From Centroscyllium fabricii (lineage: Eukaryota): DNA of 60,303 bases. Below, in pieces: positions 26,030 to 38,438 of the stretch (position 1 is its first letter; each line of letters starts with the position of its first letter). The notes under the pieces were generated by a model. It did no database searches. It was not told the DNA's origin and saw nothing but the letters and a program-made list of their open reading frames with translations. A program made the translations under genes and the position numbers. The stretch is taken from the NCBI GenBank assembly GCA_051313645.2, contig JBNRSN020001110.1:1-60303 (forward strand), in the 5' to 3' direction.

Positions 26030-27082
26030 TGTTGTCGACAAACCTCATGCTTTCCTTGCACCAAATGTGGCTATTTGTGGAAGGAAAGTCTCTCGATGTA
26101 CATTTATCTATTGCTCCCATCTCTAGTCTCATCTTTCCTTTGTTATTTGTAATTGTCTTTTCCTGCTTCTGTCTTTTTATCTTCTTACAATTTTCTTCAC
26201 AGTTCACCTTCCACTCTGTTCTTCCTGCTAGCCAGGGTCCGCGCACGCTCTGGTCACCTTCATCGCCGGTCACCGCCTGGCTGCGCGCACACACCTTTCC
26301 ACCAACCCCCAGTGCTACTGCCGGACCCGGCCACTGCGCAGGCGCCGGGAGGCACAACTCGGGTCACGACTGAACATCGCACTTGCCCAACCGGGCAAGT
26401 GCGATTTTGATTTGCTTGTCCTTCGCCGCATTTTGCTTGCCCCGGGCAAGTGGTTTTGTCGCGCCCTGCCATATGCCTTAATTTTACACGCTAATCTCTT
26501 ATGCAGGACATTATCGAAAGCCTTTTGAAAGTCCAAGTACACCACATCCACTGGTTCTCCCTTATCTATTTTACCAGTTACATCCTCAAAAAATTCCAGT
26601 AGATTAGTCAAGCACGAATTAACTTTTGTAAATCCATGTTGACTTTGTCCGATCCGGTCACTGTTTTCCAATACTCTGCTATTACATCTTTTATAATGGA
26701 CTCTAGCATTTTCCCCACTACCGATGTCAGGCTTACCGGTCTAAAATTTCCCATTTTCTCTCTCCCACCTTTTTTGAACAGTAGGGTAACATTAGCTACC
26801 CTCCAATCCATAGGTACTGTTCCAGAGTCTATAGAATTTTGGAAGATGACCAGCAATGCAGCCACTATTTCTAGAGCCACTTCCTTAAGTACCTAGGAAG
26901 TAGATCATCAGGCCCTGGGAATTTATCGGCCTTCAATCCCGTCACTTTCTCCAACACCATTTCCCTACAAAGATTGATTTCTATCAGTTCCTCCATTTCA
27001 TTAGACCCCATGTTCCTCGACATCTGCGGGAGGTTGTTTGTGTCCTCCTTTGTGAAGACAGAACCAAGTATGTTTTTAATTG

Positions 27083-30000
27083 TGTTAAGTCTTAGCCATT
27101 GCTAATAAGGAAGACGCAGGAGCCAACAGAGCATCGACTTGTTTATTAGACTGCTCGAGGAATACAAGAGACTGGTGCTGAGATATCCCTACATGCACCA
27201 GGTGGACCATACCATTACAGACATAGAGCAGGGGGGGAATCATAGACCATACCATTATAAATACATCACATCTCCTCCCCTCCTACAATGAACGTCGAAT
27301 TAACAATATTACAATATTAAATACAATTAACAATATCTCAATCAACACAATTTAACAACATCAACTAACATATACATATTGACAACCTCAACCCGAAGGG
27401 TAATTATTCTGCCCTGCATATGGACAGGTCTCTACTTATCAATGCCTAGCCTATCCGGGGGTTGTCGTTCTCTGGTAGGGTACCTACGTTCCCCAGGAAC
27501 CCTGGGACCCGAAATTCGCAAAGCGGACGGGGACGTGACGGTACCGGATGAAGAGACAACAGAAGGAGGCACAGTCTCAGCCGGTATACTCGGGATCACA
27601 GGCTCAAGCTGAGGTAGTTCTGCATAAGAGACGGGCAACTGAAACGCAGTAGATGGTTCAGGGTATGAAATCTCAGGAACGCCTTCTGAGGGCAACTGGG
27701 TAGATTCTTGTGAAGCCCACAACTGGTCGAGGTGTCTCCTCCAGACCAGGCCAGTGGCGGTCTGGACCATGTAGGACACTGGACCCGTTTGGACAATGAC
27801 AGTAGCCTGAACCCACTTAGGACCACTCACGTAACTACGTGCTAGTACAGAGGCCCCTTGTGTGAAGGTCCTATTTTTAGCATGTTGCTCTCTTCTGGCC
27901 ATCTGCAGTCTCTGCTGCTGCTGCACATTGTCCTTTACTGAGGACGGTTTCAACAAGTCAAAGGATGACCACAACTCCTTTTTCAGCAACAATTTTGCTG
28001 GTGATTCTTTAGTGGTAGCATGGGGGGTACTTCGATATGTCAACAAAAACTTGTGCAGTCTCTGATGTAGAGTTCCCTGATGTTGGGAGGCTCGTAAAGC
28101 ATTTTTCATAGTCTGGACAAACCTCTCTGCCAGACCATTAGTCGCAGGGTGGTATGGAGCGGACCGTATGTGTTGCACCCAATTTGCCTGCAAGAAGGCA
28201 GCCATGTCCTGTGACATGAACTGAGGTCCATTATCAGAAACGAGCTGTTCTGGGGCCCCAAAGCGACTAAACATCTCCCCTAGTCTCTCAATAGTTTTCT
28301 CTGTAGAGGTGGAATGCATAATTGCCACCTGTGGCCACTTGCTATGCGCATCGACAGCTATAAAAAACATCCTGTCTTCAAATGGCCCCGCAAAGTCCAC
28401 ATGCACCCTCTGCCATGATTTCTCTGGAAAACTCCAGGGATGCAACGGAGCCAACTGAGGGTTATTCCTAACTCTTTGGCATGAGGGACATTTCTTAGCC
28501 ACTTCCTCAATCTGCTTATCCATAATAGCTTCTGGCTATCTCTTTCATGCGCACAATCCCACTGTGCCCTGAATGCAATTGTCGCAAGACTAGTTTGCGT
28601 AATGGTGGTGGCATGACCACCCTCCTCCCCCATAGCAAACATCCCGACTGAACAGAGAGCTGCATTTTCCTAGATAGGTACGGCTGCAATTCACTTCCGC
28701 CATTACCAGCGGCCCCATGAACAACAATATCCAAAACAGAAGACAAGACCGGGTCATTGCGTGTAGCTCCTTTAACCTGTACAGCAGTAACAGGAGCATC
28801 CTCAACATGACTGAAATAAAAAACCTCTGCCTTGTGAAATTCAGGCTTGACAACCCGAAGAGGCAACCTGGATAATCCATCAGCATTGCAATGAGAATCC
28901 GCCTTGCGGTATTTGATGTCATACGAATGGGCCGACAACAACGCCCAACATTGTAAACGACTAGCAGCAAGAGAAGGAATACCCGTATGTGGACCCAATA
29001 TGGTCGTAAGAGGCCGATGATCTGTGAAAAGAGTGAATCGTCTGCCATACAGATATTGGTGAAATTTCCGCACCCCAAAAACAAAACTTAATGCCTCTCG
29101 CTCCAGCTGAGCATAATTAGTTTCTGCTTTATTTAGCGTCCGTGACGCAAAAGCAATGCGCCTTTCAACCCCATCAGACATGATATGAGAAAGGACAGCA
29201 CCTACTCCATATGGAGAGGCATCACACGCTAGCTGGAGTGGTAGAGAAGGATCAAAATGGGTCAGGACTTCGGACCTTACTAACAACTCCTTAGCCTTCT
29301 GAAAAGACTCTTGACAAGACGTGCTCCATTTCCAAGACTTGCCCTGGCATAACAACTCATGTAACGGTTTTAATAATGAAGCTAAATTGGGAATGAACCG
29401 ACCATAATAATTTAGCAACCCCCTGGAAAGAACGTAACTGGGTAACATTTTGAGGCGCTGGTGCCTCTACAATGGCCGTGGTTTTGGACGGGGCTGTATG
29501 CAACCCTGCAGCATCAATAACATGACCCAAATACTCTGCAGATGAGCAAAAAAAATCACATTTCTCCTTACGGACTCTAAGTCCATGCTCCTTTAATCTT
29601 AGGAGTGTCGCATCCAAATTGCGAAGATGCTCTTCATCAGATGCACCGGTACACAAAATATCATCTAAATAACATTGGACGCCTGGTAATCCACTGAGGA
29701 TTTGATCCATAGCACGTTGGAACAACGCAGGGGCCGAGGTGATTCCAAAATGTAACCACCTATAACGAAAAAGACCTTTATGCGTGGTGATAGTAAGAAG
29801 CTCACGCGAGTCTTCATGAATGTGCACCTGCAAATATGCCTGACAAAGATCTATTTTGCTAAACCTTTGTCCCCCACTGAGACCAGCAAATAGATCAATA
29901 CGTGGAAGCGGATACTGCTCCGCACAAAGCACTGGATTCAAGGTTACTTTAAAGTCTCCACAAGTCCGAATGCCTCCATCCTTCTTTGGCACTGGAACTA

Positions 30001-32229
30001 TGGGCGTAGCCCAATCACTAACTGTAACTGGCTCTAATACTCCATCCTTCACAAGAGCATCCAAATCGGCTTCAACTTGTGGCCAGATAGCATACGGAAC
30101 AGACCTGGCTTTCAAAAATGCTGGCCTGCTACCCAGCTTAGTATGTAATTTAACCGCTATGCCTTTCATGCTGCCCAATTCCTCCCGAAAAACCTCCATG
30201 TTTTTTTAATATTGTCTGCAGCGTCTCAGAATGCTTAGATATCAGATGGACTGCCTGCCAGTCCAGCTTGATTTCTTTTAACCACATGCGCCCCATAAGG
30301 GCAGGATACTCCCCCTCCGTAACGTATACTGGGAGTTTTGCTGTGTTACCGCCATACCGGACCATCGTATCGGTCATTTCCCTCATGGGCACTGATTGCC
30401 CTGTAAATGTTTTAAAGGTAGTATCTGATGGTCGCAACTTCAAGTGCCCAAAATATTTCTTATACAGACTTTTTGGAATAATTGAGGCTTTTGACCCCGT
30501 ATCTAAATGCATTCTAACGGCATAGCCTTCTACTTTAGGAGAAACCCAATACCCATCAGAGCCTTCATCTACATTCCGTATTGTTAGGGAGTTAACACCC
30601 ATTTCTTACCCTGAGGATTCACTATTCTTCCTTTCTTGTTCTACCGTATGAACTTTCCGTTTCTTCCAACCCCCATACTTTGATGGTTTACCCTTGCCTT
30701 CCTTACTGCGGCATGCCCGCTCTATGTGGCCCTTTTTCTCGCAGCTACGGCACTCTAAATCCTTGCACCAACAAGTAGGTGCTAGGTGACCTGTTTGGCC
30801 GCAACGAAAACACGGCCCTGGACCGCTTGATTTGTAATCACTTCCCATTTTACATACAGGACTCGTGGGTTTTATATCCCCTCACATGGTATCTGCATGA
30901 CTCGTAGTCACATGGAACTGCTGGGCTTCCCTTGAAGCCATCTCTATTGCAATCCCAATAGTCAATGCCTTATCCATTGTTAAATCAATTTCTGTTAGCA
31001 GCTTTTTCTGAGCTGCCGCATTGCTCAGTCCACACACAAACCTATCTCGTAGTGTGTCCGCTAAAGCATTCCCAAAATCACAGTATTCAGCCAGCTTCCT
31101 TAGCACAGCTGCAAACCCATTTACAGACTCACCCTCTTCTTGAGTACGTCTATGAAAACGGAACCTTTCCACAATAACCAAAGGTTTGGGTGAGAAATGA
31201 AGTCCCAACATATCCTTAATTTGGTTATATGTTTTGGTGCCTGGTTTATCTGGGTGTACCAAACCCCTTAAGAGGTTGTATGTCCTTGGACCCATAATAC
31301 TCAAAAACGTAGGGACTACCTTCCTGTCCTCAATACCATTGGCTAACACAAAACAATCATAACGCTCTGTATAGTTAGACCATTGATCCAAACTCTCATT
31401 GAATGGCTCCATCTCACCCACGACTCTAGCCATTATCCTCGAATTTCAACCCGGAGACAGACTCCTTAACTTAAAACCGTAATAAAATTCTTATTTTTAA
31501 ACATTGATTAAAAGTCCACTTAAAACTTTAACATTGTCCAAAATGGCGTCTTCTGCGGCCCGCACGTCTTCACCAAATGCTACCAAGATGGCGATTTTTC
31601 GCGCCCTTCGTGCCTTCTCCACAACGAACACAATATGGCGATTTCCTCGTTTTCCCGTGGCGTGCCCCCTGTGCAGGATATCTCTTACCCCGTTGAACAA
31701 CTCTGTTCCAGGTCCTCGCAATCAGCACCGCCACGTCCGCTTCACCGCGGTGGCAGGTTCCTGTAGACTGAGTCGCTGTCCTCCAGCCCCCTCTTTATAC
31801 AGCCTCACCCGTCGATCACGGCACGTCTCGCCGGCCCGGGGTCTCGACACCGGTCTGCAGCCCAGCCACTCGCCCCTTCTTCTAGCGCTGGCCTTCCTGG
31901 CTGACACCGTTCCTGCTCCAAAGTCTCCTCTCGACGTTTGCCGATTTGTTTTCTTTATTGGTGCCGAATCCTTCTTCATTCGGTCCAATCTCTTTCCAGA
32001 CTTCCTATTTGTGGATCCACCATCCACCTCGTCGCCAATTTGTTAAGTCTTAGCCATTGCTAATAAGGAAGACTCAGGAGCCAACAGAGCATCGACTTGT
32101 TTATTAGACTGCTCGAGGAATACAAGAGACTGGTGCTGAGATATCCCTACATGCACCAGGTGGACCATACCATTACAGACATAGAGCAGGGGGGGAAATC
32201 ATAGACCATACCATCATAATTACATCACA
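27083..32229 (-). mobile_element. Full-length Ty3/Gypsy LTR retrotransposon (Mag-like) with frameshifted gag-pol
   Basis: LTRs 32041-32229 and 27083-27270 (3 substitutions, 1 indel); 5-bp TSD AATTG; PBS TGGCGACGAGG (tRNA-Ser); PPT 27271-27284; gag with two CCHC, LDTGS protease, YLDD RT, RNase H, integrase. Confidence 0.97.
27432..31433 (-). pseudogene. Gypsy gag-pol, order PR-RT-RH-IN, broken by frameshifts
   Basis: ORF-track pieces 30882-31433, 30606-30848, 30150-30602, 29357-30199, 28516-29448, 27432-28523. Confidence 0.93.
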
Positions 32230-32363
32230 AATTGGTCTGCCATTTCTTTGTTACCCATTATAACTTCCCCCGATTCTGACTGCAAGGGACCTACACTTGA
32301 CTTCACCAATCTTTTTCTCTTCACATATCTATAAAAGCTTTTACAAGTTTCAAGTTTACTTTA

Positions 32364-33450
32364 TGTAATGAAATCTGTTGTCTGTATATATTCGTTTTGC
32401 ACTCATGTATATTGTCCTCCCCCACTGTGTATAGTTTCACTTCCTATTTCCTGATTAAACCTGGGAGATTCCAGGAATTGGCTTTGGCTCTGCCCCTGGC
32501 TCTGCTTACATAAAGAACCCAGTTTCTGTTTGACTCATTCCTGTGAGGCAGCCGGCCCGTCGAGATGTGAGCTCCAATTCTTAGATTAAAAGCTTATCTG
32601 TTTAAGTCTATAACTTCTAGTTTTGTAGTTATTGAAGGCACATCAATTTTAATCACTAAGAATACTAGGATGGATTGACTCCTAAAACCAAAGCGTCTGG
32701 ACTTGGATCCACATTCTGCTGAAGCATCAAATCAATTTGGACACTGGCTCAGATGCTTTGAACTCTTCATGGAGGCCGCATCCGCTAGCAAGGCAAAGAA
32801 ACTGAGTCTACTGACTACTCGCACAAGTCATCGGACTTATTCGCTCATCCGGGACGCCACCTCTTACACGGAGGCCATTGCTAGCCTGAAGGCCAAATAC
32901 CAGAGGCCGGTAAACGAAGTGTACACCAGACATCTGCTGGCTACACGCAGGCAGCGACCACAGGAATCAACGGACGACTTTACCTGGTCCGGGACTGTAA
33001 CTGCAAGGACGTGACGGCCAAAGTGTACTCTGACGAATTGGTCCACGATTCCTTCATCGCAGGCCTCAAATCGAATTATATCCGGCAGAGACTGCTGGAG
33101 CAGGAGGCCCTGGATTTAAAAGGGGCAGTGCACGATCACTGGACGTGGCCCAGAAAAACTCTGCCTCCTATTCTTCCGGCCATGCGGCACTCACCGCCTC
33201 GTGCGCGCCGAGGGGGCCGCCTTCTTGGAATGAGCCACCTTCCCCACCCAGGTCTCAGGCCAGCTCTACGCCGCCGGAGTCCCCACACAGAAATTTACCC
33301 AGGAGTCCTATTACAGCAGCAACGTCTCGAGACCCGAAATGCTACTTCTGCGGCCAGGCCAAGCATCCCAGACAACGTTGCCCAGCGAAGGACGCTACAT
33401 GCTTCAAATGTAAGAAAAAGGGGCATTTTAGCAAAGTCTGCAGGGGGAAT
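32364..33450 (+). mobile_element. Second Gypsy: 5' LTR (32364-32645) and gag remnant, truncated
   Basis: TGTAAT...ACATCA LTR with ATTAAA; gag LDLDPHSAEASNQFGHWLRCF and knuckles CYFCGQAKHPRQRC and CFKCKKKGHFSKVC. Confidence 0.8.
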
Positions 33451-35177
33451 CTGATTTCCATCTCCGTCTCCCTCGGAAAAGCCAATGCCAACCATCCAAG
33501 ACGTCATTAAGTTACAGGAGGACGCTCCTGACTGTGATAAGGGGCTGTGGAAACAGCTTGGTTGTACATATGATTCTGTGTCTAAACTATGGGTCACCCC
33601 AGCTGAGCAAACTTGTAGGTCAGATGAGCTAGCATTATGGGTTATTGAATGTATGCACTTTGCAACTCATTGTGGTGCCAGAGCATGGTGGCATCAACAA
33701 TGACCAGTACATATTTATAACACTGACACCTTTCCAGCTCAATATAGTCCATCTGGAGGGTCTCAAAAGGACCCGTGGGTAACGGTGTCTTACCCATTTC
33801 ACAAGGTATGCCTTTTCCCCGGTTATGCTGCTGACAAATGAGGCAGCGACTGCTAATACCTTGAGCCAGAGATTGTAATCTGGGATGCCACCATGTGGTG
33901 CCAGAGCAACTAGTGACACCTAAAATAGTCGAAGCTGCTCATGGGGGGCAGCCCATTTGTCTTCCTTACCTGATTGGACTTTAGATAACGATTTTGTTTT
34001 GCGGTATATATTGTTGATGTATTTAGTAAATGGATTGAGACCTACCCGACTACGGATAACAAAGCCTCCACTGTTGTAAAAGTTTTAATGAGAGAAATTA
34101 TTCCCAGGTACGGAATTCCAAACCGATTAAGTTCAGATAATGGCCCTCACTTCGTGGGTCAGGTAAACAAGGAATTCTGCACCCAGATGGGCATCCAACA
34201 GGAGCTACATTGTGCCTACAGGCCACAGGCTGCCGGACTGGTCGAACATGCTAACCAGACCGTGAAAAATAAACTTGCCAAATTACAGGCGAGACGGGAA
34301 CTACCTGGCTCAAACTACTCCCCGTGGCCTTGTTCCAAATACGTACTACCCCGGCTGGTGCAGCAAGGTTGAGCCCTGCTGAAATCATATATTACATGAG
34401 GCTCCACTACTCCACCTTCCACACTAACCACGTTAAAGAAGCCATCCCCTATGGACAAGCCCTGCGAATACACAGGATCTGCTCAGACGAGGAGGAACGC
34501 AATGGAAACCTACAGACACTGAAAGACGCCCTCGTAAAAATGGGATATGACACTCGACTCATCGATCGACAGTTCCGACAGGCCACAGCGAAAAATCGCA
34601 TCTACCTCCTCAGAAGACGAACACAGGACACAACCAACAGAGTACCCTTTGTCGTCCAGTACTTCTCCGGAGCGGAGAAACTACGCCATGTTCTTCGCAG
34701 CCTTCAACATGTCATCGATGAAGCCGAACACCTCGCTAAGGCCATCCCCACGCCCCCACTACTCGCCATCAAACAGCCACCGAACCTCAAACAGACCATC
34801 GTTCGCAGCAAATTACCCAGCTTTCCAGAGAACAGCAACCACGACACCACACAACCCTGCCACGGCAACCTCTGCAAGACGTGCCAAATCATCAGCACAG
34901 ATACCATCATTACACGTGAGGACACCACACACCAGGTACATGGTACATACTCATGTGACTCGACTAACGTTGTCTACCTCATACGTTGCAGGAAAGGATG
35001 CCTCGGCATGGTACATCGGCGAGACCATGCAGACACTATGACAACGGATGAACGGACACCGCACAACAATCGCCAGGCAGGAGTGTTCCCTCCCACTCGG
35101 GGAACACTTCAGCAGTCAAGGACATTCAGCCTCCGATCTTCGGGTAAGCATTCTCCAAGGTGGCCTTCGAGACACAC

Positions 35178-35676
35178 TGATAAACTTTGGCTAATTCTAG
35201 ATTGCTTTACTATAGTTTGACATGGGCTAAAAGTTTGGTAGCAAAGAGGTAAAAAGTATAGCGGCAGTCTGTCTAGAGATCTTGTTCTCATAACAAGCTG
35301 CAGCAGCAAAGATAAGGAGGAGTCAACACAAGATGTTGACATTTAATTGGATTTGTATTGTCTCTATTTTTTTCATTGGTTGTTTTCGTTTTTCAGAATT
35401 ATTCGCTGAGCATGTACGTTTAATCTTTTTGTATTGCATAAATAATTGCAGTCTTGGAGCGAGCGGGGCGCACTTCTGGGTTGCTATACGTGTGCAAACA
35501 CAAGTGTCTCTCCGAGTGAAGTACCGGTACTGGGTAATAAACTTTAACTATTTTACAGTCTCTGACTTTGTGTATTACTGAGAAAGTGACAGACTGACCG
35601 ACATGTTTAGTCTCCTAACGTAAGAACCCAGACCCCCAGGAGGGTGGGTCCTCCTCACAGAGTGAGTGAGTTAACA
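35178..35676 (+). mobile_element. Solo LTR inside the Penelope element
   Basis: TGATAA...TTAACA termini; 4-bp TSD ACAC at 35174-35177 and 35677-35680; AATAAA near 35536. Confidence 0.85.
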
Positions 35677-36089
35677 ACACGACAACGTAAAATCATCGGG
35701 CAGAGGCTGATAGCCTAGTTCCGCACCCATGAGCACGGCCTCAACCGTGATATTGGCTTCATGTTGCGCTGCATGTGACCCCGCCTGACGTAGAGTCATC
35801 CAGACTCGAGTCGTATTTGGCTTGTTCTCACTGCACTGTTGCGGCTGCGATTTCCAGTAAGAAAAATCCTTTTTTTTTTTTAATCATTCTGTGGGTTTTC
35901 ACACAGACACCAGACTGTAACATTTGACACTCTGTGACTGCACCTCATTGATCTCAGGCTGACTGATATGTTAGAACACCTTTGATTGCTTTGATGTCTC
36001 TCTGCTGAGGTGTGATGTTGAACAGTTGGAGAGACTACATTGTTCTCTCCCTCTATATATATGCTGTGTTTAAATGAATCTCTTCACTT

Positions 36090-36124
36090 CACCTGATGAA
36101 GGAGCTGCGCTCCGAAAGCTTGTG
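36090..36124 (+). ncRNA. Minimal hammerhead ribozyme in the Penelope pLTR
   Basis: CAC-CTGATGA-A-GGAGC-TGC-GCTCC-GAAA-GCTT-GTG: intact core boxes, stem II, palindromic AAGCTT. Confidence 0.8.
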
Positions 36125-36633
36125 ATTTCAAATAAAACTGTTGGACTATAACCTGGTGTTGTGAGACTTCTTACAATTGTCCACCCCAGTCCAACACATG
36201 GAAATCATATATGGCAGACCGCTCAAAACCCCGTGGAACCAGGAAGTCCCAAAGACTGTCCACTTTCACCACATGACGGCAGAAATGACTAACTATATTT
36301 TGTCGTTAACCAGGGCATTGAGAAGTCTGCACTCCCGGGTACGCGCTGCTTACGTCGACCTCCCTCCTATAGCTAGTCTGTCCAAAATCGAGCCCGGAGC
36401 TTATGTATTGATCAAGAATTGGACGAGAAAAGGATTGGAACCTCGTTGGGAAGGACCCTATCAAGTCCTACTCACCACCCCAACTGCTGCCAAAGTAGAG
36501 GGAAAGAGTGCTGGGGTTCACCTCCACCACTGTAAAATTGTCAGTAATGTTGTGCCTAAAACTTAAAGAATGCTAACCCCTCTCTTTCTTCCAAGAAATG
36601 TCTCCTTAAACAGACGTGGCGTGCCGACCGGCC

Positions 36634-38438
36634 ATGCAGACACCACTATGGATCCTCTCCATCAGTGTCCTGCTCACTCCTGGAATAACTCAACAGCCCA
36701 GAAGGAGAACATGGCGGCAGGACCAACCCAAGCGGGTACACCATCTATGCCAAGGAGACGTGCTTCAGTGCAATGATGATAACCCAAGAGGGTTCGGGAA
36801 ATGGAACATGATCAACTTGGATACCTACACTGGGCTTTTCAGACAGTCCCCCCGCTCGCTAGTGCTGAGAAATAATCACAGAGGGACATTGCCATGCTAT
36901 CGGACTGAGTGTAAATTTGATTATGTTTGCCGACGTCAAGCGGCCGAGTCTGTTACTGCAGGACCAGGACTTAGAACTACAGATACCAAAAAACAAAATC
37001 GTTATCTAAAGTCCAATCAGGAAAGGAAGACAAATGGGCTGCCCCCTATGAGCAGCTTCGACTATTTTAGGTTAGAAGGTGCCCTCACAAAAAGACGTAA
37101 ACGAGATCACCAATGCACTTTCCCTGAAGAAACCCCGACGGGTAACCTATTCCTCCAGACCCACGCAGCCCTATACTCACCAAAGTCAATTGTTTGTTAT
37201 CCGCCCCTGAAATCTGTTATGGGGATGTTTGCCCCAACCCCGGTTATTGTTCCCCCGGACTTTCTTTTAGATACTCACCTCCCTCCTCCCACAACCAATA
37301 TAACATTACCCTATACCTTAACCCCGCCCGCCAATTGCCTGAGACTAAACAGGAACCCTACTGACTATGAGAATTGTTGGAATGGGACGGGCTATGGTTG
37401 TAGGTCGGTATGGGTTAAACAGAACTACACCTGCTTGGTGACACGCTGCCTCCACCATCAATGTACGGTAGGACCTGACACCGTGAGCAATCCGTATGTG
37501 TGCCGATAACCGAAGGAGTACAAGTTCTATGTGGAGAAGGGAATGGGACAACTCTGAAGGTAGAGGGGGAAACCTTTATTATAGTACAAATAGCTAATAG
37601 CCTGCTGATAAGTCAGATACTCTTGAGATCCGAAGTTTAGACTATTTCCTTCCCCCGAGCCATTTAAGCACAAGGTGGAAAAACATACCCGTGATATATA
37701 CCAAACCCAGCTATTTTTTCTTGAGCCAAGGAAAAGCTACTAATTACATGGTAGTAGATGGTAGTAGATACCGCCCCCCGGACTGTAGCCATCGCTACCT
37801 TAACCCCTACCACAGTACGTTGCCCCTACCAATGGACACCCCACCGAAGAATAGTAGCCAGGGCAGCCTCGGAAGAGTTTTGCTCCAAGTGGAAAGATCC
37901 TGAATCCCTAGGAGGACACGGAACCTCTATAGGATATGGATTTGCTGGCCTGTTCTCTATAGGCTATATTGGAGCCTATTTGGCCACCAATAACCGGAAC
38001 TACCTTATCTGTGGCCTCACCATCGTGGGTAATGCTACCATGGGGGCCCTCGACGCAGTCACTGAAGAATTGTCGGAACTCAAGTTGTACGCTATGCAGA
38101 ATAGATATGCCCTAGACTACCTGCTGGCCCGAGAAGGTGGTGCCTGTGCAATAGTAAAAGGTAAATGAATTATGGGAGTCCGAGACCAGACAAAGAACAT
38201 CACCCACTTTATCACTAAGATAAGGGAACAAATGGATAATATGAAGGAAGCAAGTAACTGGGGAGAATGGGGATTTGGAGGATGGTCTGACTGGTTGGTA
38301 AATATGGCTATGTACTTAATAGTTGCAATCGTCGGTATCTTTGTTGGACTAGCAATCATGAAATGTGTTAGGAAGAATGCAGCTAGCTTTGGAAAAAATA
38401 GGTGCCTCAAAGTTGTTAATAGTAAGCCAGACCAATGA
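36634..38438 (+). pseudogene. ERV envelope with gamma-type TM subunit, disrupted
   Basis: Upstream acceptor near 36613; signal peptide; KRRKR; immunosuppressive domain QNRYALDYLLAREGG plus CX6(C>stop); TM helix; frameshifts and a stop at 38166. Confidence 0.9.

Larger units (their letters stand above)
23248..26468 (-). mobile_element. hAT-like non-autonomous DNA transposon with captured cargo
   Basis: Termini CAGGGTTCTATAAAA / TTTTGTCGCGCCCTG; ACTTGCCC...GGGCAAGT subterminal repeats at both ends; degenerate 6-bp TSD CCCTGT/CCATAT; CR1 is continuous across it. Confidence 0.85.
34393..36200 (+). mobile_element. Penelope-like element (family A): RT C-terminus, GIY-YIG endonuclease, pLTR; inserted in the ERV integrase
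   Basis: NVVYLIRC...WYIGET GIY-YIG; 12-bp duplication GAAATCATATAT at 34381-34392 and 36201-36212. Confidence 0.92.

Noticed and set aside
34324-35220. 298-aa ORF as an integrase-GIY-YIG fusion
   Set aside because: Read-through from ERV integrase into the inserted Penelope; the 12-bp TSD marks the insertion.
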